Positions 13,421-27,768 are shown, numbered from the whole stretch's first letter. The stretch is DNA of 63,326 nt, filler included, from Octopus bimaculoides (GCF_001194135.2; 7 parts of 6 records of this genome joined end to end with filler, not necessarily neighbours in it); one strand, 5' to 3'. A program made the numbers and translations. Notes: generated from the sequence alone by a model not told the origin.

Positions 13421-14884
13421 CACATTTACACATTAACTCATACGTATTTAGTTTGTTCCGTCATTCAATTTTATTGGCATTCGATATCATTTTCTTTATA
13501 TGTCCTTCAGATTCACATTTTTTTTTCCTTTTTACAATATCAACGTTTATGTGATGGCGCATGGCCTTGTGGATAGGTTGTTACAGACATGATCGCAAGG
13601 TCATGGGTTTGACCTCTGGACAATATGCCTTTGAGCAAAAATGCGATGGACTTTATTTCGCTTTATTTCGCTTTACAAAACACTTTATTTCGCTTTACTC
13701 ACGTTCCCTCAGTTGCATATGGGTAATTCTACCACTGTCTGGTGTCCCGTTGAGTAGGAGCATTGTAATCTCGGCCTTATACGGTTTGTAAACTCGGTAA
13801 ATGACTCTATGACTCCTAGGACACGAGACAGTACTTACTTCATTACTCTATTATCCGACTCTCAACGTAATTCATTAAGCGACATTTATAAACCACGTAA
13901 CGCATCACTTTCCAGCTTTCGCAAATCCTTCATATTTAATCAGATCTCATGAAAGACGTATTCCATTTTAAACTTAATAGATCATGGCTCATTATCGTAT
14001 GCCATATAGTATGAATACATTTCTTTCCTCTGCCTAGCTGATCATTAGTGCTCGCTTAATTATTATTCTTATGGCACCGTATCTTCATATTTGAACAATA
14101 AAACTGTTCATATTTCGAAGCACATGAATTTCATCTCCCACTTGAGCTAAGAATTTTAAAAAATGTAATATATTTCATATTTTTAGATTTGTAAATTTAT
14201 TTCTTTTTCTAAACGTTTTTTACTGGTATTCTAAGATATTTATTCATAAAGTTTATAGTTTTCTCAATTATTGTCTGCAACTCTCCAAAGACTCGGCATT
14301 TGTATTCAGTTTCCAGAACAGATTTGATTATTCAACTGTCAGTTGGTTTTTACGACATGAACCTCATCTAATATTCTTCTAAACATAAAGAATGCTAAAT
14401 CTTTTATATACTAAACGTCATGTAGATGTCAACTCCTTTGACAAAAGTGTTCACTTTTCTCTTACATGTTATAAAGTGTTTTCTTTTCCATAAGTTGTAT
14501 ATAATACGTAGGTGTCTCTATTTAATGTGCAATCCATTATAGACATTTAGCAGAAATAATTTTGAAGTTGATACACGATAACATGGAGTAAATGTTTCAA
14601 AGAATAATAATATTAAACTAACACCCTGAATTTTTTATACGATGGACTTAAGAATTCCAAATGCTTATAACTTTTCCAATTTTGATTTTATCACGGTCAA
14701 TTCTGTATTCAACAGCACAGAAATCTAGAGTTATTACATACGTTTCTGGTGACATGTTTGTGATTTGCATTTGGAAGTTTGCGTTGATAATTCCTACGTT
14801 TAATCATATAGTCCGTGGGTTGACAATTGTTTTGGCTCGGAGGTGGGGCATTTTGAGAGAGCCGTAGTTAGCGGAAGAATATTG

Positions 14885-15210
14885 TTAAGGCGGCGAGCTG
14901 GAAGAAACCTTATCACGCCGGGCGAAATGTAATTGACTTAATCCCTTTGTCTGTCCTTGTTTGTCCCCTCTATGTTTAGCCCCTTGTGGGCAATAAACAA
15001 ATAAGAAGCGTTAGCACGCCGAGCCAAATGCTTAGCAGTATTTTGCCTGTCTTTACGTTCTGAGTTCAAATTTAGCCGGAGTCGACTTTGCCTTTCATCC
15101 TTTCGGGGTCGATAAATTAAAGTACCAGTTGCGTACTGATGCCGAACTAATCAACTGGCTCCCTTCACACAAAAAAACCCTCGGGCCTTGTGCCTTGAGT
15201 AGAAAAGAGT
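14885..15210 (+). mobile_element. SINE family B, near full length, with internal insertion
   Basis: AAGGCGGCGAGCTGG...GAGTTCAAATT (B-box-like)...GTCGACTTTGCCTTTCATCCTTTCGGGGTCGATAAA...GGGCCTTGTGCC. Confidence 0.9.
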
Positions 15211-15677
15211 CACCATTGCTCAATGTTTTAATGATTAGGTGCAGAGAATAGTCTAGCTATAAAATGTTATCATTGGATACATATTTATACATATAGAAAA
15301 ATATATATTTTCAAAGCAAGAACAAACAATACAATTATAAATGTTAATAAAAAATATGTGAAACGAGAAAAAAAAAACCCCAAAAATGATCGTATATTAC
15401 CATATTCTGTTATTCGTCGATACAGATTAGCATGAAAGCTCCAGGTGGATATGTTAGGATGTCACTCGACGTTGATTCTAAATATTCATTCTTCTCGAAA
15501 ACATTTTCATGCATTTTTGCGGGGAGGGGATCCTGGTGTTTTAGCAGATACGTTTGGCTTCTATTATTTGCTTATTTCTACATTTTTTATTATTTGTGTT
15601 TATTCCTCGTGTTGTTCCTTCCGTTGTCATTGTTGTACTTTTCTGCCATTGCTGTTTTTGCCCTCGTTGTCGTTCCC

Positions 15678-15845
<168 letters not shown>

Positions 15846-15943
15846 GCACTTCTTTACTTTCTTCAGTTTCTTGACGCTGAATAATCGGGCGCTGTCACAT
15901 ATTTGTCTTCAGACACACATACACGCAGACACATACACACACA

Positions 15944-15980
<37 letters not shown>

Positions 15981-17757
15981 ATATAACACATAGACGACGA
16001 AACACGTGCCCATAAACACGCACGTAGACTTATCCACTTAGCAACCAGGTAGTTGAATGACTGATCGATAAAAATATGTGGAATTTCTCATGTATATTGT
16101 GCGTGAATGCATGAACGGGGAATCTCTCTCTCCCACAAACACACGCACAGACACACAAACACACACAAACGCACACATACGCATGCACAAATACNNNNNN
16201 NNNNNNNNNNNNNNNNNNNNNNNNNNNNNNNNNNNNNNNNNNNNNNNNNNNNNNNNNNNNNNNNNNNNNNNNNNNNNNNNNNNNNNNNNNNNNNNNNNNN
16301 NNNNNNNNNNNNNNNNNNNNNNNNNNNNNNNNNNNNNNNNNNNNNNNNNNNNNNNNNNNNNNNNNNNNNNNNNNNNNNNNNNNNNNNNNNNNNNNNNNNN
16401 NNNNNNNNNNNNNNNNNNNNNNNNNNNNNNNNNNNNNNNNNNNNNNNNNNNNNNNNNNNNNNNNNNNNNNNNNNNNNNNNNNNNNNNNNNNNNNNNNNNN
16501 NNNNNNNNNNNNNNNNNNNNNNNNNNNNNNNNNNNNNNNNNNNNNNNNNNNNNNNNNNNNNNNNNNNNNNNNNNNNNNNNNNNNNNNNNNNNNNNNNNNN
16601 NNNNNNNNNNNNNNNNNNNNNNNNNNNNNNNNNNNNNNNNNNNNNNNNNNNNNNNNNNNNNNNNNNNNNNNNNNNNNNNNNNNNNNNNNNNNNNNNNNNN
16701 NNNNNNNNNNNNNNNNNNNNNNNNNNNNNNNNNNNNNNNNNNNNNNNNNNNNNNNNNNNNNNNNNNNNNNNNNNNNNNNNNNNNNNNNNNNNNNNNNNNN
16801 NNNNNNNNNNNNNNNNNNNNNNNNNNNNNNNNNNNNNNNNNNNNNNNNNNNNNNNNNNNNNNNNNNNNNNNNNNNNNNNNNNNNNNNNNNNNNNNNNNNN
16901 NNNNNNNNNNNNNNNNNNNNNNNNNNNNNNNNNNNNNNNNNNNNNNNNNNNNNNNNNNNNNNNNNNNNNNNNNNNNNNNNNNNNNNNNNNNNNNNNNNNN
17001 NNNNNTGGTGGTGGTGGTGGTGGTGGTGGTGGTGGTGGTGGTCCGGGTGGTATTTTTACTGATGTATTTTCCATAGGATTATTATTGCTCTTTCTATTTC
17101 CTGTTTAACTGTTTCCGCTCATTAGATATTTAATTATTACAATTATTACAATTCCATCTGAAGCGAGAGCCTCGATCTCCTCACGCGTACGCACAATTTG
17201 TGTAGAGATATGAACATAATTTTATATTTGTACACATTTCAAACCACCCCGCAACATTCTCTCTCTCTCCTCCACACTCTGTCTCCTTCTCTCTCCCCTT
17301 CTCTCTCCCCTTCTCTCTCTCTCTCTCTCTTTATATATATATATATATATGTATTCTTAAGTGTCGACATACGCACGCGCCTGTGTATTTATACCTTTAT
17401 GTCTGTGTTTTTTTGTATCTTTAATTATGAGGCTACAGGCGTGTGGTGTAAGTTACGTGTATTTACATGGTACCTAGTACTAATTTAGTAATCCTCTTGA
17501 TAAGTATATATATGTGTGTGTGTGTGTATGTGTGTGTGTGTGTGTGTTTGTGTATGCGTGCGTATGAGACACACACAAATACATGTATATATGTATATGT
17601 ATATATATGTATGTTTGTGTGTGTATGCAGGTATAATTCATTCGTTCGTTATTTTATTCGCAAATGTATGTTGTATTCTAGTGAGTTGCGCGCGTGAGAG
17701 TTGACGTGTCGATATATGTGCTCGAACACGCGTCTATTTTGGCATCCGTGTATCAAA

Positions 17758-17838
<81 letters not shown>

Positions 17839-18944
17839 GAATGCAAGGAGAGAATGTACAAGTGCTGTCACACACATACGAGAACATCAATAACCAGTGA
17901 CAGAGATAGGCAAAATTGTTTCCTAATTAAAATCAAAGAAAATTTGTTTAAAATTCAATGAAAATTAACTTGTTAACAAGATTTTTCCAAACACTTTAAT
18001 GAAATTAGGCAAGACGTGCCATTCTTAGCTTGTTTATTTTCTCTACCTATACATATATCAGCTGTAGAAACCGTTCTCATGTGAGGAGAATTGCAACAAT
18101 GTTTCATTTAAAACGCGAGAGAAATTAGCGCAGACACAAAACTAAAATCGTATTTTAAAAAAAAAATGGAAAAGAAAAGACAGAAGTAAAAAGGTACAAT
18201 AAACTATAGACGCTATATTAAAATAGTTTCTAAATGATGTTCGCTGAAAGGTAAGAAAGTAGGAAAACAGTTATTGTTAGACAATGGGAGACATGTTCGG
18301 AGAAAAGGAAAATTTGATTACATTTTATCAATGTAAACGTTTTTCTCTCCTTGTCTCTAGCGGAAAACAGGTCCGGAATTTTTTTCAGAAATTTATTACC
18401 CGAATTGAAGAAACCTGACAGCTTGACAGCCTCTATCTGCTGACAGTGTTATCTATATATGTATGTATGTATGTGTATATATATTTATATATATATAAAT
18501 ATATATNNNNNNNNNNNNNNNNNNNNNNNNNNNNNNNNNNNNNNNNNNNNNNNNNNNNNNNNNNNNNNNNNNNNNNNNNNNNNNNNNNNNNNNNNNNNNN
18601 NNNNNNNNNNNNNNNNNNNNNNNNNNNNNNNNNNNNNNNNNNNNNNNNNNNNNNNNNNNNNNNNNNNNNNNNNNNNNNNNNNNNNNNNNNNNNNNNNNNN
18701 NNNNNNNNNNNNNNNNNNNNNNNNNNNNNNNNNNNNNNNNNNNNNNNNNNNNNNNNNNNNNNNNNNNNNNNNNNNNNNNNNNNNNNNNNNNNNNNNNNNN
18801 NNNNNNNNNNNNNNNNNNNNNNNNNNNNNNNNNNNNNNNNNNNNNATATGTTATTTCTGTAGCCTGGGATACGTTTTTACAGGATGGGTAGTGCTATCTC
18901 TATGCCCAACCTCCTTTATTTTAATCCGGGTCTGGGCTTTTTAA

Positions 18945-19335
18945 AAAAATAGGAGGTGTTTCAAAATAAATGTTTATGAAAATGTTTGAAGGCGTATTGG
19001 GCGAATATGATTTCCAGTAACCAACGACACGCCAAGGCTAACGTGAAACCAATAAGAGAAACTATTAAAGCAAGGTGATGGAAATGGCTGCGTCGAGGTT
19101 GTCGCTGTGGACCTAGTTCAATTGTCAGGATCGCTTTGCCAAGGGTTCCACAAAATAAAAAAAGACGTTGCTGACCAAATCAAACGTGGTGGAAAACAAT
19201 AAGAAGAGACCTTAAAAGCAGATGGTTAACAATGAAACAAGCAATCAAGGATGCTTTCAGTGTTAGAAGGTTGAAGCATGTTGCTATTGCATCAGTGCTA
19301 CAAAGTACAGTGAGAACCGAATGAATGAATGAATA
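18945..19335 (+). mobile_element. Non-LTR retrotransposon (RTE/L2-like) 3' end, pseudogenised RT C-terminus
   Basis: Translates FQNKCL*KCLKAYWANMISS...ETIKAR*WKWL...IVRIALPRVPQNKKRRC*PNQTWWKTIRRDL, matching the LINE C-terminal motifs FQNKCLR.IL, RRW.W.GH and RGRP..TW. Ends in a (TGAA)n tail. Has in-frame stops. Confidence 0.8.
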
Positions 19336-19454
19336 TACATATGTGTGTATGTGTGTGCATGTGCGTGTATACACATACATACAAGGATACACACACACAC
19401 ACACACATATACACCTATAAATCAGTGTATACATCTACCTACGTAAATGCTTTC

Positions 19455-19570
19455 TAGGTGCGCGGCCCAGTGGTTAGAGCACAGCAGTGACATCCCCAAA
19501 ATCCTGGTTTCGATTCCAGGATCGGGTAGTGTGGTGTATTCTTGAGCAAGACACTTCATTTCACTGTGCC
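19455..19570 (+). mobile_element. tRNA-derived SINE head fragment
   Basis: GGCCCAGTGGTTAG (A box), GGTTTCGATTCC (B box), then TTCTTGAGCAAGACACTT as in 41880-42214. Confidence 0.75.
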
Positions 19571-20977
19571 ATTGAAGCTCTTATTTCTTACACCACTGAT
19601 TCGCGTAGCATTTGCCTTTGATTCATCATTGTACATTTTCGACCCTCCATCTCCCTCCCTGCTCATCAGTATTTAGTGCGGAGAAGATATATCCTAGTCA
19701 TATATTCAATTTTGTTTTATTTCTAATAACAAAACACATGATTGTTGAAATTCCAGCCATGGTCATTACATCTATTTTTTTCATTGTTAACCATAGACAT
19801 TACTGCTTCAAGTTTTAGGATTTACAATAGGGCCGGTTACTTGGTCCCCGTGGCGTATAAGAAACCACTCCTAAACGAGACGCCACACCATCACAGACCT
19901 ACATAGTTAGTGGAGAGTGGGTTGGAACAATGCGGAATGCTTTGCTCAAAAACACAACGCAGTGCCTGAACTGGGAATTGAAACCACTATTATGCGATTG
20001 TAATTGCAAGAAGATATCAACTGAAGTGGATTTACCACCTATTTATACAAGACTAGCACACTACATACATTTGAGAGATAACGCTATTCCTTCATCGTTA
20101 ATCCAATAATATTTTTAAAGTAATCAATATACTTTTATATTAAATAACGTAAAGTTAGGAACCCATAGAAGTGCTCCAGAAATCAGCTATGCCTCTTGAT
20201 AATTTCAAACTGAAGCACTTCCTCTTCTTTGCCATAGAAAACAGCAAAAAGGACATTTCGTCGTATTTCAGTACCACTTCGCTAATCTTTTTACCATCTT
20301 TACTACCATTTACACAAAGGTAGAATTATTCACGAAATATTTTCTTCTGTTAAATAAGAATGGAAATCATGCAATTTATGTAACTACAGTTAAAATATTG
20401 AAATTTTTTTTAGATAATTTGTTGAATATTCATAATGTAATTTAATTTAATATAATATTTTTTTTTATAAAGGTCAAAATCGTTAAACTACCCAGAGAAT
20501 ACAGAATGTCTTTGTACAATAATGACAATAGAAAAAAAATATAGTTGAAAATAATCAATGACCGAAATTACTAATAAAGAAAAAGTTAAAGAATGAACAT
20601 GAATACTTAAATATGACATGAATAATTAAATATTCTTAGCGTCTTAAGCCATAATATGTTCCAAGAGGTGAAACGGTTGATATGGTTTGGTTATGGTTAT
20701 TGCAACATGGTAGATGTATCACGAGTTCAAATCCACTGATGTTCTCACAATTTACGCCGAAGTTGAACCCTTTATTCCACAACGCCTTTGCTTGGAACCC
20801 CTTAAAATTCCCAAAGTCGAATCCTATATTTCTGGAGTGGTTGTTTTTTGCATTGTTGTTTATCACCCATACGTCCCTAATGCAAAAGATCTAAGATTAC
20901 TACTGTTCTAGCGATGAAGAGGCTCCGTTTTCTGTCTGTTTGTCTCTCTCCCTCTCTCTCTCCCTCTCTCTCTCCCC

Positions 20978-21041
<64 letters not shown>

Positions 21042-21060
21042 GTGTGTGTGTGTGTGTGTT

Positions 21061-21567
21061 CAAAACATATAAGCTAAAAACATTAATGAAATTGTCCTCG
21101 AACCGCAAGTCAGTAAGATATAACATCACAGAAATTGACTGTTGTTTGTAGCGAATCGAAAGACCACTTACGAGATTCGTTGTTAGATTATCGAAGCCGA
21201 TATGTTCTGCAACAACACGTCGAGAATTATGTGTGATAACACGGAAACCTGACACCTCTTCTGGTATATAAACATTGAATTCGTTCAAATCAAAACGGCA
21301 GGTTAATAAAACGTTGTCAATTTGAAATATGTGATTACAGCTATGTTGCTTCCCAACGAAGTAGAAATGCCTTAAAGTGAGGCTGTCTAGGTTGTCATGA
21401 ACTAAGCAGACGAAGCGTGTAGTGGGGCCTCCTAGAGCTGATAAAAGGATGCAGATTGACGTTCTCCTTTCTATAGATGATCGTAAAGTAGTAACCTGTC
21501 GGATGTGAATATAGAACAGGAGTGTCAGAAGAATTCCGCTCAGAGATCCGGAAGATTTGGCATTCAT
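21061..21567 (-). other. Unassigned stop-free frame of about 170 codons of non-repetitive sequence (candidate exon or ORF)
   Basis: MNAKSSGSLSGILLTLLFY...FINVFSLYVL is open in AT-rich DNA and contains a possible CAG acceptor and a CTC|GTAAGT donor. No family recognised. Confidence 0.25.
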
Positions 21568-23659
21568 ATGTATATCTATATACATATATGTATATATATA
21601 AACATATATATATGNNNNNNNNNNNNNNNNNNNNNNNNNNNNNNNNNNNNNNNNNNNNNNNNNNNNNNNNNNNNNNNNNNNNNNNNNNNNNNNNNNNNNN
21701 NNNNNNNNNNNNNNNNNNNNNNNNNNNNNNNNNNNNNNNNNNNNNNNNNNNNNNNNNNNNNNNNNNNNNNNNNNNNNNNNNNNNNNNNNNNNNNNNNNNN
21801 NNNNNNNNNNNNNNNNNNNNNNNNNNNNNNNNNNNNNNNNNNNNNNNNNNNNNNNNNNNNNNNNNNNNNNNNNNNNNNNNNNNNNNNNNNNNNNNNNNNN
21901 NNNNNNNNNNNNNNNNNNNNNNNNNNNNNNNNNNNNNNNNNNNNNNNATATATATATATATATGTATGTATGTATGTATGTATATATATATGCATGCATT
22001 CGTGCACACCTGTATGCGAATATTTTCGGAGGATAATGTATAAAAATATAAGAATTATTATACTAAGATAATTACTAGCCTGAGATTTTAATTTGTAACA
22101 GCGCATTGATGTGACTCTAAACCTACGCCTATTATTACTTAGCAAGCTTTCGTGTTACTCATTGCATAATTGTAGGATAAAGCCACATGCAAATGCCATC
22201 CCTAAAATAGGTTTTATATTTTGTATGAATTTCTCTTTATCTTTTGGCTAGAACAACTTACCTAAGAGATGCTATTCAATAGATGCAGCGTAGGTTTTTC
22301 GAAGATCTATGTTGCACACTAACCTTAATAATAGGAACAAGATATAAATTAACTAACGTGTATTTTAATATAAACGATATTAGACATCATACATATGTGA
22401 TATTTAATATCGTTTATGTCAATAAGCTTTGGAGTTAAAGGCTACCGCGCGTTATGATTGAAGGTTTTTTTTATGAGAATCAAACATTAAGAGCATGTGT
22501 AAATTACAAATTAATGCACAGAGATTTAATAAATAGGATATTACATATCATACTCACGTACATATTTAATATCGACTTTATTAAAAACATCATCCGTTAA
22601 TTAAACTTTTTACCCCGCATTTTATGGTTTATTTTATTCTAGAATATTCAGGTAAGTAGGCAGACTTAACATCCATACCATGGACATTCGTGACTTTTGT
22701 CTTACACGGTTCTCCCGGTTAACATGGCAATGCGACTCAGAAACTCGCTTTCTACCCACAAAACTGGAACATAAGTTTCTGTCCCACTGTGTGGCAACTT
22801 GGCCAAAGATCCTCTATTATGGCCGTGAGGTGACCTATGGCTTCTGATTAACTTTGCTTGAAGGAAAATTTGCGGATTCCCGTTCCTTTATAACTGTGTG
22901 TGTGTTTGCTGTGTCTACTGTGTGCATGGGCGCGTGTGCGTTTCTTCCCACTACCTATTGACAACCGGTGGTTTCCTTACGAGCTAGTGCCTGTCATCAA
23001 AAGACAAAAATAGAATAAACATCAAATTTAAAGTAATCTTTAGAGTGAATCTTTTGACTAAATCTTTGAAGACGGTGGTACAACATCGCTAGAGTGCAAT
23101 AATCAAAACAACTAAATCATAAAAGATAGAAGATACAGTGTTTTTCATGGAACTACGTGAAGTTGAACGATTCTGTTTGTTTTGCCCGTGTTATAATTGG
23201 GATGAGCTTTAACACAGTTGCAATATCTTTGATTTAATGTGCAAATAACTCTACTAGTTTTATAGTTGTTAGTATCTTATTTATTGAAACAACTTCTTAG
23301 ACTGTTTGGAATATTTTCATCTGCTTAGAGTTCATTTAAATGCTAATACTGCTCTTTTGTTCAGTCAGATGTGCATCTTGTTCTTTTGTGTCATGTTGTA
23401 TCACAATACAATGTTGGGAAGTTTTGCTGTGAACTGTATTTTAGTTTAATTGCCATATTAAAAGTGACAATATCGTGCGTGCAATTAAATTGGAAAATAT
23501 TTGTAAAAACAAACCTGCTTTATTTTGTTTACTCACGGGTATCGAAGGCAGATATTTCTCAAGTAATTATCATTCATTTTATCAAGTGTGCTAAAGAAGA
23601 TTGCATAACTTTAGTCTGGCTTCGGAGCAAAATGTATACACGTGTGAACGCTTTAAAAA

Positions 23660-23662
23660 TCA

Positions 23663-23722
<60 letters not shown>

Positions 23723-23827
23723 TAATAATAACAATAACAACAACAGTAATAATAATACTAATGATAATAATAAAACAATAAAGATAATAATAAGAGGTAT
23801 AAAAAATAATAATGAATAAAATAACGA

Positions 23828-23882
<55 letters not shown>

Positions 23883-23885
23883 CGC

Positions 23886-23939
<54 letters not shown>

Positions 23940-24048
23940 GGTCGTCGTCGTCGTCGTCATCGTCGTGGTAGAGTTCATGGCAGCAGTGGCGGCGGTGGAA
24001 GTATTAGTAATGATGATGATGATGATAATAATAATAATAATAATGATG

Positions 24049-24081
<33 letters not shown>

Positions 24082-24177
24082 TAATTCTTCTTCTTCTTCT
24101 TCTTCTTCTTCTTCTTCTTCTTCTTCTTCTTCTTCTTCTTCTTCTTCNNNNNNNNNNTTATTCTTCTTCTTCTTCTT

Positions 24178-24272
<95 letters not shown>

Positions 24273-24340
24273 CATTATGACAATAAGAATATTAATAATA
24301 ATAATGTTGAAGATGATAATAATAATAATAACAACAATAA
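23660..24340. repeat. Compound microsatellite (AAT)n,(AGT)n,(GTC)n,(TTC)n,(ATT)n
   Basis: Directly visible. Confidence 0.97.
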
Positions 24341-24812
24341 AAACAATGAGTTATATGAAATAGAATAGAATTAAGACTGACTAACGTAATTTATCGTTTT
24401 CCATTTTATATATTCAATGAGAAAGTTTTCATAAAAAATAAAAAAATCGCCGAACGGTTTATTACAAAAGTTCACACTTTTACAAAAATGTCCATTGATT
24501 AATTATTCAATATGATATAAAGTGCTAAACATTTTAAAGAACATTAAGAATATTAGAATTAACTGAGAATAAAACAGATTTGCATTTTATCTCAACATTG
24601 ACTTGGATTGCTAAATGTTTAATTTCAAGAATTATTGAAAATAAATCGAAAACACCATACATGCACACGACCATTCATATAAATATATATATATATGAGT
24701 GTGTGTGTCTGTGTGTATGTACAACATAGATATGTGTTAGTTAAAAGAGCATTATATGTATATATATACCTACGCACACATGCACACGCACATATATATT
24801 GTATGTATATAC

Positions 24813-24859
<47 letters not shown>

Positions 24860-24903
24860 NNNNNNNNNNNNNNNNNNNNNNNNNNNNNNNNNNNNNNNNN
24901 NNN

Positions 24904-24915
24904 TTAATTAATTAA
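24904..24915. other. Artificial assembly linker TTAATTAATTAA inside N gaps (also 27689, 32637, 50916, 58423, 61828)
   Basis: The same 12-mer, with stops in all six frames, occurs six times and is always embedded between N runs. Confidence 0.9.
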
Positions 24916-24989
24916 NNNNNNNNNNNNNNNNNNNNNNNNNNNNNNNNNNNNNNNNNNNNGTGAAAGCAAGTTATAAAAATAAAACTACT

Positions 24990-25036
24990 GAACAATAATA
25001 ATAATAATAATAATAATAATAGTAATAATAATAATA

Positions 25037-25111
<75 letters not shown>

Positions 25112-25117
25112 GTAATA

Positions 25118-25162
<45 letters not shown>

Positions 25163-25165
25163 GTA

Positions 25166-25203
<38 letters not shown>

Positions 25204-25230
25204 TATACCACTAATCATAACAACAATAAT
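24990..25230. repeat. (AAT)n microsatellite
   Basis: Directly visible. Confidence 0.97.
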
Positions 25231-25377
25231 AATATAAGTAATAATAATTTGAAAATTACGAAAATAATTACATAAAATAAATGTTAGTGTATCTTCTAAG
25301 TAAAATTATGTTATATATACTAAATATACACCTAACCGAAAAAGGCAGATCCAACCTATTACGTTAAGGGACACTAA

Positions 25378-25411
<34 letters not shown>

Positions 25412-25880
25412 GTTGTTGTTGTTGTTGTTGTTGTTGTTATTATTATTATTATTATTATTATTAAGTGGATTGGCTAAATCCATTTCAACAAAGTCGCTTG
25501 ACTGCCTAGCGTGATGCGTTATTATAATTACAGCTAAATTTCTAGTTTAATTCACGAATTTAACTATATCTGTTAAATGACCAACCATATTTACTTGATG
25601 GCAGAAGTGCTAGTCTAGAACCACGAAAAATTTACCTGGTATATTTGTGGCTCTTAGGTTCCATATGGAGCAGTATACCACGTAACCTGTCTCATGCTAA
25701 CTCTCCGCTTTCTAGAATTAATAGTATAGTTACTATTTCTTACCATATCCCCATATATATAGCTATTAGCAAAAAATGTGAAGGGAACCTTATTCAGCCT
25801 CGTAGTTCGTGTCATTCATATTCTTATTATTATTCCTATTACTACATTTTTTGTTCTTTCTGTAATTAGTACAACTATTA

Positions 25881-25911
<31 letters not shown>

Positions 25912-25912
25912 A

Positions 25913-25956
<44 letters not shown>

Positions 25957-26904
25957 CCTTATTAACATTCTTATCGTTGCCGGCGTTATCATTATTACTA
26001 TTATCAGCATCATTATTATTAGCCATATTACGATTCGTAGGTTCCTTGGTTGTTAAAATGTCCTTATCAATATTAAATTTGTCTCCTAAGTTCACATAGT
26101 TACTCTACTCTCCATTTCACCGTTTCTGTTAATAAGATTTTTTTTCCTAGTTGCTCACTTTATCTACACTTCTTTTCCTATTATCAACAGAATTTTTCTT
26201 ACTATTCTTCATATTAAAGTACATCTTAATATTTTTGTTCTTATTCTTATAGTGATTGCTGTCATTATTCATCCGTTCCACTACTTCTGTGTCTTTGTGT
26301 ATTTTTAATGTCACCATTACAAATATAATACATTTTCTCCTTATAACCAGCACCAGCTAAAGCTATATTATAGTATTCCTCCTTTTGTCTAAATATTTTC
26401 CCTTAGCTGAAGGTTTGGAGATTTTAAACATACGCTCTTAATTATAGAATTCATAATTGTTTTCGGATGATTGGATTTTCGACCAATGTATTCAAGGTTC
26501 TTATTTGGCTTGTGGTACGGATGATACAGCGCCACATATATTTAAACACCCCCACACACACACAGGCACACACACACACACACACATACACATATTATTA
26601 AACAACAAAACTTCTTTGAGTCGCCTTGGGGTTTAGAGATAATAGCTAAATCCTCCTTTAAACAATAGCCTACTGATTTATGAAAAATATAAGGATTCAT
26701 TGTTTTATTAAAGAATATAGATTCCTTGTTCAGGATATGAAAAGGCATGCTGGTTACGATATGAATGCCTTTAGTCTTGAGTTTATTCTATCAGAGTTGA
26801 TCTAGAGTTAAACAACAGCAAAAGCACCTATTTATCAGACCGGAAATATCAAACACTGTTAAAAGTTATCTTAGGTACTATTCTTCTGGTAGACTTAAGA
26901 TTCA

Positions 26905-27069
26905 TTATATTTTCAACATGACCATTTGGTCTTCTGGTGCTTTTAGCGGAGTCAGTTCCTGTTGCTGCAAGAATTGGAACCAGGTGTCCATCTTAAAGAT
27001 AACCTTCTCTATCATTCTAACCAGTCTTAAGAGAACTGAAACGATCATTGATGCCACGCTGCGTGCTCT
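26905..27069 (-). other. Candidate terminal exon (unassigned)
   Basis: Strong acceptor TTACTGAC..TTCTTTTATTTTTTATATGGCTTTCAG| followed by an open phase-0 frame RARSVASMIV...DQMVMLKI*. Confidence 0.25.
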
Positions 27070-27768
27070 CTGAAAGCCATATAAAAAATAAAAGAAGTCA
27101 GTAATGTTTGAAGTCAGAATGATGAAGAACAAATTAGATATTAAATATATCCTGTTTTCATGTAATATCTCAAAGGTTCTAAAGGGATACTGAGGCATAA
27201 CAAAAGGTTTTTGGAAAATATACAGGTTCTTGCTACGTATCCATTCCGTGCGATACTTGGGTAGGTCTCTTATATAATGTATGTATGTATGTATGTATGT
27301 ATGTATGTATGTATGTATGTATGTATATTTTTGTATGTGTATGCATGACATTAATGTATGTAAGTATATATGTATAAATCTATCTACCTGCTTGCATATA
27401 TATATATAAACTTTAGACCAGTTCAAACACATGTGGGACGTACTTTATTCAGTAAAGGGGTTTTATTGCTGATTTTTCAGGGAGAAAAATGTTTTCGGCT
27501 TAGACAAACAAATGTTAGACCATAGTCAGACCAAAACGCCTTCTATAATCTAGTGGACATATTTCAAACCCTTTAGTTCTCGAGAGAAAATACCAAGAGA
27601 AGCGTGTCCTAATCTTGTATATATATATATATATATATATATATNNNNNNNNNNNNNNNNNNNNNNNNNNNNNNNNNNNNNNNNNNNNTTAATTAATTAA
27701 NNNNNNNNNNNNNNNNNNNNNNNNNNNNNNNNNNNNNNNNNNNNTATATATATATATATATATATATG

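Noticed and set aside
16078-17108. 300+ aa ORFs across N runs (also 18446, 21395-22145, 31600-32193, 51725, 53648-54622)
   Set aside because: They are open only because N codons are not stops.
24904-24915. Recurrent TTAATTAATTAA motif as a biological site
   Set aside because: All six copies are embedded in N runs, so it is a scaffolding linker.
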